A stretch of 63,720 bases of DNA from contig JAGCRI010000130.1 of NCBI GenBank assembly GCA_017964755.1, forward strand, positions 1 through 63,720, given 5' to 3'. Both the position numbers and the translations under genes were made by a program. Below are positions 16,601 through 25,839 of this stretch, piece after piece. The notes beneath the pieces were generated by a model that saw only the letters and a list, made by a program, of their open reading frames with translations, had not been told where the DNA came from and made no database searches. Origin of the DNA: Bacteroidales bacterium (GTDB taxonomy: Bacteria > Bacteroidota > Bacteroidia > Bacteroidales > WCHB1-69). Position 1 is the first letter of the stretch. Each line of letters opens with the position of its first letter.

Positions 16601-18665
16601 TTACAGAATCGAACATCGAAATAATGGTGGTTGCAATACCATTCGTTGCAGATGATAAATTAGATCCTATTGTATTCCAATCAATGGCATTAAACCACGA
16701 ACTGATTGTTGTTCCAATTTTCTTTCCAAGCTTGTCCCATGTACCGTTTTCATCAAACTTTTTAAGAAATCCGTCAAGTGTTTCAGTAACAACTTGAATT
16801 GGTGCTGCTACTGCTTTCCCAAAAGATTCTGCGTCAAAATTCTCCGCAAGGGAATCGAATGCAGTTGCAATATTTGAACCAAATTTTTCCCACTCGGTAT
16901 TATCTACAAAGTTATTTATGGTATCGGTGATTTCCTTTAATCCTTTTGAGAATGTCCGTCCAATAGCTTCCCAATCAACGGTGTCATTCAAGCTATTAAA
17001 AGCCAATGCAAATTTTGTTCCAAGTTCGGAAATGTCAAATTTATCAATAAATGTTTCAATTGTGTATGTGATGGTGTTTAATCCATCACCAATAGTTTGT
17101 CCGATTAAAGGCCAATCTATAGTATCAATTAATGAATTAAATGCCCTTGAAGTATTATCAATAAATGTTGTTATTTTTTCGCCAACATTATCCCATTTAA
17201 CAGCTTCATCTATTTTGGAAACAATGCTATTAATTTTCTCACCAATAAGCTGGCCTATTGCTTCAAAGTCTTCATTTTCCCACGCTTCTCTTAAAGCTCT
17301 CGCAAAATCAGCGACCGAAGATGACGGATCAATTAATTCTTCGGTAAATGCAGCTCCACCGCCCGCTGCCGAAGCAGCGTCAGCCGCATCCTGCGATTGA
17401 ATAACAACTAATTTATCATATTCAGCTAACTGTTTTGCAGCTTTCTTTGCGGCATTTCCAGTATCTTCAATACTTTCAGCATAACTTTCCGCTGGTTTAA
17501 TAGCCTTATAGATATACTTCTGACCAGTTAGTGTTGCAAAAAATGAACCAACAGCATTTGCCGCGTTAATAAATAAATTTAAAATCCTAATAATTATGGG
17601 CTCTACAATAGTAATTATCGGCTGCAAAGCAGTGGCAAGGCTATTTTTAAACTGCGAAAACGTATTTGTTATATTGCTCATCGTCTTATTGAACGACGAA
17701 GATTGCTGAGCGAGATTCTGAAAAGCGTCAGAAGCATAACCGCGTAATTTTCTAAATAACGCAAATAAACCACGAACACCCAGACCATATTTAATAAGCA
17801 TTTTTAAACCGTGTTTTATGCTCTTATTAGATGAGCCGAATGTATCTTTAATTTTCGATTTTAATTTAGAGAACGCTGATTTTACTTTTTCTATAGCTGA
17901 TTTTACGGATGAAATTGCTTTTTTAACAGCATTAAATGCTTTTACACCTATATTTTTAAATGTTCTTATAGCCGATATAGTGAGTTGAATTCCCTTTTTA
18001 ATTCCGCTGATAGCAATAGATGCTACCATCATAACTTTACTGAATTTTCCCGCAGCAGCTCCCGCGCCCTTAACGAAATTTGATAATTTCGCAGTTCCTG
18101 CAGCGGCTTGTTGTGTATTACCCGATATTTGATCGAATTTATTAGCAAGTTGTTCTCCCTTTTGTGTAGCAAAACTCAGTTGAGTAGTAATGTTTGAAAC
18201 TTGTTCTGAATCAGCAAATTTAAAAGCGCCTCCAGATTCTTCAAGCTCTCGTTTTTTATTTTCAACTTGTTCAATCTTATCAATAACTTTGTCAAATTCA
18301 GCATTAAGTTTTTCACGATATTTTTCCATTCCGGGCTGATTAACAAAATCATCGCTTAATTTTCGTGATAACTCTTCAGATTTATCCGCAAGTGTTTTAA
18401 GCTCATCCTCTAATTTTTTATATTCATCTGTCGGAACTTTTGTGTTTTCGAGTTCACGTAATTTCTTTTGTAATTTTTCTATTTGAGATCCAGATTTTTG
18501 AAGCTGTAATTCCATCTTTTCGAGTTGTGGATTTCCTTTTGCAGCTCCAGAATCTAATATATCTTTTAATCTTTTCTTGACATTTTGAGCCTGTCTTTTA
18601 ACACTTTCTGTGTCAAATTTAAAAGATGCGGAAAGTCTAATATCACCGTCTACAGACTGCGGCAT
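13683..18665 (-). CDS. Tape measure protein
   Basis: 1660 aa between the chaperone genes and the distal tail genes. It has a coiled-coil N-terminus, a hydrophobic/Gly-rich core and internal tandem repeats. Confidence 0.85.
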   Translation of the reverse strand: MPQSVDGDIRLSASFKFDTESVKRQAQNVKKRLKDILDSGAAKGNPQLEKMELQLQKSGSQIEKLQKKLRELENTKVPTDEYKKLEDELKTLADKSEELSRKLSDDFVNQPGMEKYREKLNAEFDKVIDKIEQVENKKRELEESGGAFKFADSEQVSNITTQLSFATQKGEQLANKFDQISGNTQQAAAGTAKLSNFVKGAGAAAGKFSKVMMVASIAISGIKKGIQLTISAIRTFKNIGVKAFNAVKKAISSVKSAIEKVKSAFSKLKSKIKDTFGSSNKSIKHGLKMLIKYGLGVRGLFALFRKLRGYASDAFQNLAQQSSSFNKTMSNITNTFSQFKNSLATALQPIITIVEPIIIRILNLFINAANAVGSFFATLTGQKYIYKAIKPAESYAESIEDTGNAAKKAAKQLAEYDKLVVIQSQDAADAASAAGGGAAFTEELIDPSSSVADFARALREAWENEDFEAIGQLIGEKINSIVSKIDEAVKWDNVGEKITTFIDNTSRAFNSLIDTIDWPLIGQTIGDGLNTITYTIETFIDKFDISELGTKFALAFNSLNDTVDWEAIGRTFSKGLKEITDTINNFVDNTEWEKFGSNIATAFDSLAENFDAESFGKAVAAPIQVVTETLDGFLKKFDENGTWDKLGKKIGTTISSWFNAIDWNTIGSNLSSATNGIATTIISMFDSVNWTEMGSTLATGFDTLISGIDGEKIGTALAAPIESINQSLNGFLQQFKENGTWSTAGTKIAQVINSWFSGINWKTIRENITLSIDGIIQSIESLFDETRWSDIGYDLSEIVNGFLNVDWSNVGETIGKGIAGALNTVTSFLDGVDFQKLGKDVVDLILGIDWKAIFKSAGSLLSTALTSALDIVIGLVKEFDFADFLSTLVGSILGFVGSINWSGLVSKLSELLGALVSKLLTAPFNVGVDIGNFVINLIGKIKDWFEDKKSEWDEAGISIWEGIFQGIWNGIKNIGKWIKENIFDPFIQGFKDAFGIHSPSTVMAEMGGYLLDGLKQGLGNLWEAVKGKFTDLLNGIKSWFSDKKQDLIDAWNGFKDGIGNITATIKGKIDETFDRAREAWNGIKDKVSTLTAEAKEKVTGAIQKLKDGWEIVKDKTATLLAEAKEKTAGAIQTIKNAWDSIKDKTVQLVANVIDGVKNGIGVGIEKLKSGWEFVKDKTATLTAYAKEGASAIFDKVKSGWEIIKDKTATLTTGIKETASGAFDKIKSGWESIKDRTATLTTNVKETATGIFDKIKSGWDVIKDKTATITTGIKEATTGTFDKVKSGWDAIKDKVATLTTKVEQTKDNAFSEVQKGWDAIKDKTVSLKASYDTAKETVSGWWSKTKKWFNGGDENTDRSFSIGGTFEAAKSTVSGWWTKTKDWFNGGNGGESKDNRKFNVGAAFGATQKGVSAWWTDKVQKWWGDKKRLGVGAKQTTTKQDIKDWWQAIKDKWATKSLKVQGEMEVDKINFTKPAQQQLATVATYSSGQVKTNYTAAVAASGGLFNTGQLILAREAGPELIGTIGSKTAVVNNRQIIAGIARAVYSANREQSILLRRQNALTRVQTTAIRNQQLGQVKIPHLAKGSVIPPNRQFLAMLGDQRSGTNVEAPLSTIEQALQNVLNRMSGTNAPIILQLDGKQIAKVVWSESDKRYKQTGKAYA
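14690..15440 (-). repeat. Tandem 87-nt (29-aa) repeats, about 9-10 units, inside the tape measure gene
   Basis: Protein units are K[SD]GW[ED]xIKDKTATLTTxxKExxxGxFDK[IV]. The DNA periodicity is visible by eye. Confidence 0.7.
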
Positions 18666-18667
18666 GC

Positions 18668-19267
18668 TTAAACCTCCTTTTTACTATTATTATTCCAAAT
18701 TTCTACAATCAGTTCCTCGTCTTCTTTTTCATGAACAGATTTTGAATCCCAGATGAAATATTCTGGATTTTCATTCTTAAATTTTAATTCTTCTTTTTCA
18801 AGTTTTTTTCCAGCTTTTATTTTATATCGAACACTAACAATAGCATTCCAAGCGGAATCATGGATTTCGGAATAATATCCCATAAATGTCCACCAATGAA
18901 GATAATCAAGTGTTCTGATTTCTTTTTGTGCAACGGCATTAACTGCGCCTGCAATTAATTGTTGATCCTTCTCCCAATCTACAAGTATATAATTTGTTCT
19001 ATTTCCAAATGTTTCTTGACCGCAATTAAAGAACCACATCATTTTTTGTGCTGCTTCTGTATAATGATTACCAAAAATTTCAAATACATCCACTGGGTCG
19101 GTAATTTCAGCATAAAAAATAGTTAAGCTGGATAATACCCTACCAGTGTCATCCAGCTCAACTGAGTTAAGTTCCCTAAAGCAATCCAACACCATTCGGA
19201 AGTCCCCGTTATTTCGTATGGCGTGTAATTTGCCGCCTATCTCTAATTGTGTTGGAAGCTCAAACAT
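18668..19267 (-). CDS. Tail assembly chaperone (Gp15-like)
   Basis: 199-aa ORF directly upstream of the tape measure gene, with its own RBS AAAGGA. Confidence 0.5.
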   Translation of the reverse strand: MFELPTQLEIGGKLHAIRNNGDFRMVLDCFRELNSVELDDTGRVLSSLTIFYAEITDPVDVFEIFGNHYTEAAQKMMWFFNCGQETFGNRTNYILVDWEKDQQLIAGAVNAVAQKEIRTLDYLHWWTFMGYYSEIHDSAWNAIVSVRYKIKAGKKLEKEELKFKNENPEYFIWDSKSVHEKEDEELIVEIWNNNSKKEV

Positions 19268-19270
19268 AAT

Positions 19271-19750
19271 TTATTCCTTTGAAGTTTTATCAATTTTGCC
19301 GATATATTTTTCGGTATGTTTTCTGATCTTTTCATTCTGTGCTTTCAATTCTTTTGAGAATTGTTTTTCATAAATTGTTGAAAAGACATCATTTAGTTTT
19401 TGAAATCTAAAATCACCGTCAATTAAATCGATCATAGTTCCGTGCGGAACAACAACTTCGCTGAAATTTGTATCATACAAAATATCAAATTGATTTCTAA
19501 TAACATCATCAAGTTTTTTTAATGCTTCCCCGAGTTTAACAACATCAAAATCATCTTTTTCCATTTCTGTATTTTGGAAATCTTCAAATTCTTGGAATGC
19601 TGCGGTAACAGTCTGATCAAAATCACCTAATCTTGAAAAAATACCCATGTCATTCGTATTTAATTCAAGAACCCTGTTTTCGTCACCATCAATTGTAAAC
19701 TTTTTTCTGCTACTGACATCAATATTGATGTTTTGAATTTTTTCTGCCAT
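19271..19750 (-). CDS. Tail assembly chaperone / acidic tail protein
   Basis: 159-aa acidic ORF between the major tail and Gp15-like genes, with RBS AAGGAGGA. Confidence 0.45.
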   Translation of the reverse strand: MAEKIQNINIDVSSRKKFTIDGDENRVLELNTNDMGIFSRLGDFDQTVTAAFQEFEDFQNTEMEKDDFDVVKLGEALKKLDDVIRNQFDILYDTNFSEVVVPHGTMIDLIDGDFRFQKLNDVFSTIYEKQFSKELKAQNEKIRKHTEKYIGKIDKTSKE

Positions 19751-19781
19751 TTCAGTTTCCTCCTTAAAATATCTCTAATTA

Positions 19782-20342
19782 TTATGCCGACGCTTTGCTG
19801 AATTCAAAATCGTCTGCGATTTTATCAACGGTACCTTCCACGATGTCATTCGAGAAGTGAACTTCAAGCGGCATGGAAACATAAGTGCTACCACCGATAG
19901 AGGTCGGGAAGATGGAGCAGTTCTTATGTTTAACGGTGTAAAATTTCCCGTCTTCCGAGCCAGAAGTTGTAACAGGAGTTCCATTAACTAACCAAACAGT
20001 AATGACATAAATGTCAAATCTCTGGTTATAGGCGTCGATATCGTTTTTAAGAACAGCTTCCGTTAGATAGTCGTGCAGGCCACTACCGCCAAGAATGTAG
20101 CTGGGATCAAGTGTCTGCTGAGGCTCAGTCTTTTCCACGTCGGTATAAGTGTTGCCGCGAATATCAGTTGTAGTATTAATATCGGGGTTGAATTCAATCG
20201 AGCTATCTTCAGTACGGGCACCAAGAATCTGCTTATTCGGACGTTCGCCAGTAGTTTGATCCGGAGTACCCCAAGCTGCCGCCGTCACGAGAAGTTTACG
20301 CTGTGCGCGCTGGCCGCTGGTAAGGGATGAAGTAAGAGCCAT
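19782..20342 (-). CDS. Major tail protein
   Basis: 186 aa with strong RBS AAAGGAGA and elevated GC. Canonical position after the neck genes. Confidence 0.6.
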   Translation of the reverse strand: MALTSSLTSGQRAQRKLLVTAAAWGTPDQTTGERPNKQILGARTEDSSIEFNPDINTTTDIRGNTYTDVEKTEPQQTLDPSYILGGSGLHDYLTEAVLKNDIDAYNQRFDIYVITVWLVNGTPVTTSGSEDGKFYTVKHKNCSIFPTSIGGSTYVSMPLEVHFSNDIVEGTVDKIADDFEFSKASA

Positions 20343-20356
20343 AAATCATTTCTCCT

Positions 20357-20839
20357 TTATAATCTAATATTGCTTTTTGAAATGTCTAAATAATCGACCA
20401 CAATTGTGATGCTATATTTAGCAAGCGCCGGTGTTAAAGTCGTGTCAACACTATTCAAGGCGGGCGTGTTTGTAGATACATCAATACTATCAATAATGCA
20501 GTCGGGACCAAAGTCAGGAAAATTCTGAGAATCGTTCTGCTCAGTGACCCAATCAATAATTGCTTGTACATCCAGTAATTCCTCTTTATTTTCATTAGGA
20601 TAACCAGAAATTTTTGCTAATGCTTGATATGTAATCGACCGATAGTCGTAAATAGTAAATGTATATCTCTTTAAAACGCTCCCGTCAATGTAAGGCTGGT
20701 TTATTACCTTATCAACCGGAACAATCATAAGTTGTTTTGCATTGTCCTTTGCTTCTGAAAAGTTAAAAAACAAAGGATTTTGCTGAATTTGCGGGCAATT
20801 ATTAAGATAGTCAATAATTGCTTGATATTTATCAACCAT
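20357..20839 (-). CDS. Neck/tail-terminator-like protein
   Basis: 160-aa ORF in the head-tail joining block. The call is positional. Confidence 0.4.
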   Translation of the reverse strand: MVDKYQAIIDYLNNCPQIQQNPLFFNFSEAKDNAKQLMIVPVDKVINQPYIDGSVLKRYTFTIYDYRSITYQALAKISGYPNENKEELLDVQAIIDWVTEQNDSQNFPDFGPDCIIDSIDVSTNTPALNSVDTTLTPALAKYSITIVVDYLDISKSNIRL

Positions 20840-21323
20840 ATAATTCTCTTGCCCTTCTCAATAAAATTTGCTTAACTTGTTCTTTGAACTCATCGCCGTG
20901 CTCTCGCATCATAGCTTTATCCCATTCAGCAGATGCTTGAGTATGAACATTTGTGCTGTATTGAATGCGCCGCCCGGTTGGATGCTTTGAACCTTTTCCG
21001 GGAGGGCTTCTCCATCCAACTATAATTCCATTTTCGATAATTGGAATATTCGGACCATAAACTTCGCCGATATATTGATAGTGTGCGTAACTGCCGCCGT
21101 CTCCGGATCCAGCATAATATCTGACATATTCGGGAGTTATTTCTATTTGTGTACTCAATAATCCGGTTTCGCCATACGGTACATAAGGATCGCACATTTT
21201 AGCAAGAAGCTTGTGAACGGCAAGCATTGTTTTTTCATCCACTAATGCTTCTAATTTGTGGCTAAGTGCTTGAGCATCTATATCAACATTCACAGTTGAT
21301 ACGAAATCACTCATATCATTCAC
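20832..21323 (-). CDS. Head-tail joining protein (HK97 gp10-like / minor capsid)
   Basis: 163-aa ORF that overlaps its neighbours in operon style. The call is positional and from sequence pattern. Confidence 0.4.
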   Translation of the reverse strand: MNDMSDFVSTVNVDIDAQALSHKLEALVDEKTMLAVHKLLAKMCDPYVPYGETGLLSTQIEITPEYVRYYAGSGDGGSYAHYQYIGEVYGPNIPIIENGIIVGWRSPPGKGSKHPTGRRIQYSTNVHTQASAEWDKAMMREHGDEFKEQVKQILLRRARELYG

Positions 21324-21768
21324 CCCTCACCAAATAATGAGGAATACAGCGAGCCGTTCCCGTGTTATTAGCTACGCTTTGAATTCTAATGCAGCCCTGT
21401 AGGTCTTTATACTTGTTAATCAAGTCTGTTGACCTGTGTCCAGAAGCATATTCGTCAATTAAATCAGTAACATTTCCAAGCACAATTATATCGCCAGTTC
21501 CAAGCGTAAAATAGTTATTCTTATCATTCAACGATTCCCACACATAACGCTCTTTAAAGCGTTTATTTTGTGGAATTCGACAAATCGTAGTATTTGTTTC
21601 TAATACTGTGCTCCCGATTGTTAGCTGATTTCCTTCATACGCCCAAAAGCAGTTTGGTATATTATACCGATACCATACAACAATGTTGCTCACTTTATCT
21701 TCATTGCGATTGTAGACAGTGATTTCTTTTTCCCACCACGGCGGAGTGTAAGTCATTTGATCACTCAT
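21316..21768 (-). CDS. Head closure / head-tail adaptor protein
   Basis: 150-aa ORF. The call is positional. Confidence 0.4.
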   Translation of the reverse strand: MSDQMTYTPPWWEKEITVYNRNEDKVSNIVVWYRYNIPNCFWAYEGNQLTIGSTVLETNTTICRIPQNKRFKERYVWESLNDKNNYFTLGTGDIIVLGNVTDLIDEYASGHRSTDLINKYKDLQGCIRIQSVANNTGTARCIPHYLVRGE

Positions 21769-22186
21769 CTAAATACATCCCCCGAAACAGTAATTCTTGA
21801 CCTGCACTGTTTGTAACTCCTTGAAGATATCTGCCAAGAATATCTTGGGATTCTGCTTTTTTTGCTGCATAGATTTCACTGGCACTCATTACGTTATAAC
21901 TGATAGACACGCCATCGTTTGACTGACTTGAAATCCCTGTTGTTAAAGAACTTTCATTGTCACTCATTGTAGGGCTTGCAAAAAGCTCCTGCTGTTCTCT
22001 TGCATATTCAATTAGCTTAAACATACAAAATTTTACAGCTTCTGGAATATCTTCTTCTGCCTCGTTTTTAAGCCTACCAAAGGTATATCTATCAAGCAAT
22101 AATCTGGCTTCGAGTTCAGCAAGCGGAAAATTAGGTGCGTCTAATTGACCTCCCCAAGTCGCGTATTCTTCGAATGTAAGATACAT
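21761..22186 (-). CDS. Head-tail connector (gp6-like) protein
   Basis: ATG 22186 lies 6 nt after GGGGGGTG. The N-terminus MYLTFEEYATWGG..LELEARLLLDRYTFGRL is typical of gp6-like connectors. Confidence 0.5.
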   Translation of the reverse strand: MYLTFEEYATWGGQLDAPNFPLAELEARLLLDRYTFGRLKNEAEEDIPEAVKFCMFKLIEYAREQQELFASPTMSDNESSLTTGISSQSNDGVSISYNVMSASEIYAAKKAESQDILGRYLQGVTNSAGQELLFRGMYLDE

Positions 22187-22202
22187 TAGACGCACCCCCC
22201 TG

Positions 22203-22442
22203 TTAATCTTTCTTTTTCAGCTTCTTGATTTCTTTTTTCAAGTCATCAAGCTGCTGCTTATATTTGTCAACCTCAGCCCGCGCTTCCAAATACATCTTCG
22301 TTAGTTGTCCAGTATCTTTTGGCAATGCCTTTTCAATGACTTTTCCTTTATCATCGAGGATGTCATATCCTTGATCTTTATAATACTGCTTATCCTGTTC
22401 ATGCACCCGCAAGCGCACGTTTCCTCGCCTGACAATAATCAT
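22203..22442 (-). CDS. Small basic coiled-coil head-module protein
   Basis: 79-aa ORF between the capsid and connector genes. Confidence 0.4.
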   Translation of the reverse strand: MIIVRRGNVRLRVHEQDKQYYKDQGYDILDDKGKVIEKALPKDTGQLTKMYLEARAEVDKYKQQLDDLKKEIKKLKKKD

Positions 22443-22458
22443 CTCAAGTCACTCCGTC

Positions 22459-23394
22459 TTAGGCTTCCGTAATGTTGAACTGAATTGCGCCAGCCTTCTT
22501 GTTAAGAATAAACACATCTTCGAAGGATTCCTCATAGTAGTAATATTTGCCATTCGTTACAGCCGAAGGAGCATCCAACGATGCGAAGGTATAGCTAACC
22601 GGAGTAATAACAGCAAGCGGATGAATCAGCATCAGGTTAATCTGCGCTGCGCCGTCTGCCGGTGCCCAACCTTCCGTGAACTCGTACTCAGTCTTCATCA
22701 GCGTAGACGGAACAGGAACAATCTCGACCTGATCCAATCTGTTCACACGTCTATCAATTGCATTCGGACCGGAGGAAACATCAATCGAACGACTAATTTT
22801 CTCGGCTTCCTTCAGCAGATAATTGACTTCATGCGTGACATACAGGATACGACCATTGGCAGGAACCCGTTCATTATCCATCTTGAGCATCAGCGCGTCA
22901 AATTCCGCAAGCACTGTCTGAATAGTGAGTTCCGTGGTACTCGCTTCTCTCGCAGATCCGGTCTCCGGATCAGTGGTTGTAAGCCAGTCAGTATAGATTT
23001 TACTGACAGTATAGGCATCCATTTCCGGGAACTTCTGTTCCTCGTTAAATACCTGAGTGATATTGCTAATCGATGCAACAAGGTTCGTTTCATCAATATC
23101 GCGCGGATGAACAAGAGTAGACCATTTACGCTCGTTAGAAAGCGTTTTCGCCTCCCATGCGTTGTCATAGTTTCTCGCTGCCTGCGCAATAGAATCGCGG
23201 TCTGCCGCAACTCGACCCGTCGTGCGGATAGACGGGATTTCAATCGTCTTTGCGTTTACCCAACGATAACGACCGTTGTTAGGCGTGTTATAAAGTGCGC
23301 CAAAATTAAGCGTATATGGGAAAGCCTGAGAAAGTGCTCTGCCATATTCAGTTGCATAATTAAGCTTTGCGTTAATACCAGTTCCAGTAGGCAT
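22459..23394 (-). CDS. Major capsid protein
   Basis: 311 aa with RBS AAAGGAGAA. It follows the scaffold gene and has elevated GC typical of a highly expressed gene. Confidence 0.6.
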   Translation of the reverse strand: MPTGTGINAKLNYATEYGRALSQAFPYTLNFGALYNTPNNGRYRWVNAKTIEIPSIRTTGRVAADRDSIAQAARNYDNAWEAKTLSNERKWSTLVHPRDIDETNLVASISNITQVFNEEQKFPEMDAYTVSKIYTDWLTTTDPETGSAREASTTELTIQTVLAEFDALMLKMDNERVPANGRILYVTHEVNYLLKEAEKISRSIDVSSGPNAIDRRVNRLDQVEIVPVPSTLMKTEYEFTEGWAPADGAAQINLMLIHPLAVITPVSYTFASLDAPSAVTNGKYYYYEESFEDVFILNKKAGAIQFNITEA

Positions 23395-23407
23395 ATTTCA
23401 TTCTCCT

Positions 23408-24061
23408 TTATTCTTTTTTAGCGTGCAGCGGCGTGAAATTAAAACTGAACTCGCCACCGCTCTTTGTGATAGATTCTGTTCCATTTGTAGAATTGACAAA
23501 AGATGGTTGTTTAGTTGTATTCTTTGGCTGCTCGACAACAAAAGCATCTGCATTTTCTTTTGTGTAAGCTGCGAGATAATCCTCACCGCCAATGATTTTA
23601 CCGTCTTGAACTTCTGGATCCTTTGCCAACATGTAATTTGTGAAATCTCTCTTAGCAGCATTAGATGTAAATTTCTTCGTACCTACGAAATCGCGCACCG
23701 CAAACTCTTTTGCTTGCTTCTTGAGCTGAGCATTAAGATTATCGGTTTCAGTCTTATATTTCGTCTGCCATTCCCCAATCTGTTTTTCAAGGTCAATTGC
23801 TTTTTGAGCATCGCCGTTATTCTTTTTTAGATCATCCTGTAACTTTGAAATATCTGCATCTCTTGCCTGTAAATTGCCTTTAAGAGTATCAATCGCTGTA
23901 TCTTTCGCCTTTAAATCATCCTCATATTTCCTTTTGGAAACATAATTCCCGTCGGCAAGGTTTACAGCTTTAATTCCCTTATTTTTACAGGCCGCTTCAA
24001 ACTGCTCATAGGTCAAAGAACCATTTTCTGCTGCTGTAAAAAGTTCTTTCAAAAACTCCAT
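23408..24061 (-). CDS. Scaffolding protein
   Basis: 217-aa charged coiled-coil ORF upstream of the capsid gene, with RBS GGAGGAAG. Confidence 0.55.
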   Translation of the reverse strand: MEFLKELFTAAENGSLTYEQFEAACKNKGIKAVNLADGNYVSKRKYEDDLKAKDTAIDTLKGNLQARDADISKLQDDLKKNNGDAQKAIDLEKQIGEWQTKYKTETDNLNAQLKKQAKEFAVRDFVGTKKFTSNAAKRDFTNYMLAKDPEVQDGKIIGGEDYLAAYTKENADAFVVEQPKNTTKQPSFVNSTNGTESITKSGGEFSFNFTPLHAKKE

Positions 24062-24108
24062 TTTCTTCCTCCAAAAACATTCTTTTATATCTGCATAAAT
24101 TTATATAG

Positions 24109-24127
24109 CCGCATAGCAGTTATGCGG
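24109..24127 (-). terminator. Hairpin downstream of the moron-like ORF (weak terminator)
   Basis: CCGCAUA-ACUGC-UAUGCGG on the minus strand, followed by an AU-rich tract and not a clean U-run. Confidence 0.3.
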
Positions 24128-24171
24128 AATGAATGTTGCGCCTTTTTAAATGTTGTTCCGCTCAACTATAA

Positions 24172-24453
24172 TCAAGAGCATTTCAACTCTCTAATATCTT
24201 CTTTAATATCAACGATTTGCTGCTTAATTGCCGGAATTTCAACGGCAAAATTATTGTGCTGTCTAACTTCTCTTGTTAAATTATCAATTTTAGTGTCTGT
24301 CACCGCAGTGTATTTTTCAAACTGTGTTGCAAGAGCATTTGTCATGGTATCTCTTGTTGTTCTGTTAGACGCGCGGACGCCAAGATACGTTAAAATACCT
24401 GTTACAACAACTGCAATTGCGGAAATAACTGAAACAATAATAGAAGTGTCCAT
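24172..24453 (-). CDS. Membrane-anchored coiled-coil protein (moron-like cassette)
   Basis: ATG 24453 follows AGGAGGAAG. Translation begins MDTSIIVSVISAIAVVVTGILTYLGV (TM helix) and continues as a coiled coil. It has its own promoter upstream and a hairpin downstream. Confidence 0.55.
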   Translation of the reverse strand: MDTSIIVSVISAIAVVVTGILTYLGVRASNRTTRDTMTNALATQFEKYTAVTDTKIDNLTREVRQHNNFAVEIPAIKQQIVDIKEDIRELKCS

Positions 24454-24585
24454 GATCTTCCTCCTAAAAGGTATTCGCAAAGAAAAAAGAGTATACGCGA
24501 ACAAGGCGGTTGCAACCTTATTCACATATACTCTTCCGACGGAGGAAACTGAAATGAAAACAGACATTTCTATTTCCTATAAGTT

Positions 24586-24614
24586 ATTATATACTATTTT
24601 AACGAAAAAGTCAA
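24586..24614 (-). promoter_or_regulatory. Sigma-A-type promoter (family member) inside the structural module
   Basis: The reverse complement reads TTGACT-17 nt-TATAAT. Confidence 0.6.
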
Positions 24615-24636
24615 TACTTTTTTAAAAATTTATTCA

Positions 24637-25839
24637 TTAAATTTTTATTCTTTTATATCCTTCAACTTTAATTCTTCCTAATTCTGGGCGTAATCCACAA
24701 TTATTGCTAAATAACATATATTCTTGCGTTTTTTTGTCGATTTTATACTGAAATTTCCGGGCTAACTCCATATCACCCGCAGCTTTAGCGGTTATCTGTC
24801 CATCTTTGTATCGGCGGATTTGTGTTTCAACTCTTCGTTGATACTGCCGGCATTCATACATTGTAAAATGCTTTCCATCTTTTGTCGTATATCCAGCTTC
24901 ATTTTCATCAAGAATTTGTTGCAACTGATCTTCGGTGTAGTTTGGTTTCATAACTCCAAGAATAATTGAATAAGCAATATGTCTGCAATTCCAAACACCG
25001 ATAGCGCGTTCCATAGCTTCAAACTTTTTTCCATTCACATCTTCAAAATCAAGTACATTTTGCATTTTGTTGAATTCTTCGTTTGTAAATACATGACCTT
25101 GAACTGGTGCATGATCCGGTGCCGGATTTCTGACAACAGTTATTTCTTTTGCATCGGAATCAATTTGCTTTCCAATTTCGTCTTGCATTTGAATTGCAAG
25201 CTGTCGAATGCCGTCAAGAATATTCATTCGTACTGCGCTATCTAATCGCCTATGATAACCCGAAGCATAATCAACTGTTTGCAATCCACTATCAACTAAT
25301 TCTTGAATTGTGTTTCGCATAGATTCTTGAAAGTTTACCTGACTGGTCGTAACCGCTTGAATTGCTTTGTCTACTGCTTTATTGTATGTATCTGTAACGC
25401 TTGTCGGAACAAGTTTTCCAGCGGCATTTTGAGTATAAAATGCGCGTGTTCTCGATAGATTAACATAGTTATTAGCAGTCTGTTCTGCAATAGCGTTTTG
25501 AATTCGCTGAAATTGCGTGTTTTTTGCAAGTGGAATATACGGTAATTGCCTGTAATCATAGAATGCTTTTACATCGGCATAATCAAGAATAGCAGCTTGC
25601 TTTATAATAGCTTTAATATCCCGAACCTGTAAATTTGTCATTTTTGCAAGCATTTCATTGATTTCTCGCACATCAGAACCGTTTCGGATCATTTGTTCCA
25701 GTGAGTTAATATCAGATGGATTTAACTCACCGATTTCTTTAATTCGAGCTGCTATCTTTTTAAGCACATAGATATTTATTTGTTCTTGTCTAATAACAAT
25801 AGGCCGTGCCAACTTATCTATTGTATCAACGCTTAACAT
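24637..25839 (-). CDS. Head morphogenesis protein (SPP1 gp7 / Mu F-like minor capsid protein)
   Basis: 400 aa directly after the portal gene. Contains the motif ..GVWNCRHIAY.., typical of Mu F-like domains. Confidence 0.65.
   Translation of the reverse strand: MLSVDTIDKLARPIVIRQEQINIYVLKKIAARIKEIGELNPSDINSLEQMIRNGSDVREINEMLAKMTNLQVRDIKAIIKQAAILDYADVKAFYDYRQLPYIPLAKNTQFQRIQNAIAEQTANNYVNLSRTRAFYTQNAAGKLVPTSVTDTYNKAVDKAIQAVTTSQVNFQESMRNTIQELVDSGLQTVDYASGYHRRLDSAVRMNILDGIRQLAIQMQDEIGKQIDSDAKEITVVRNPAPDHAPVQGHVFTNEEFNKMQNVLDFEDVNGKKFEAMERAIGVWNCRHIAYSIILGVMKPNYTEDQLQQILDENEAGYTTKDGKHFTMYECRQYQRRVETQIRRYKDGQITAKAAGDMELARKFQYKIDKKTQEYMLFSNNCGLRPELGRIKVEGYKRIKI

Noticed and set aside
18668-19750. 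Programmed -1 frameshift joining the two tail chaperone ORFs
   Set aside because: The downstream ORF has its own RBS (AAAGGA) and ATG after a clean stop. No slippery heptamer is visible in the overlap-free junction.
22621-23421. Long plus-strand ORFs (266 aa here; also 29323..30000, 30379..30969, 33562..34197, 35284..35766, 36049..36515, 14727..15308 and others)
   Set aside because: They lie antisense to well-supported minus-strand genes in GC-rich or repeat-rich stretches. They have no RBS. Their R/C/S/F-rich, low-complexity translations are typical of shadow ORFs.
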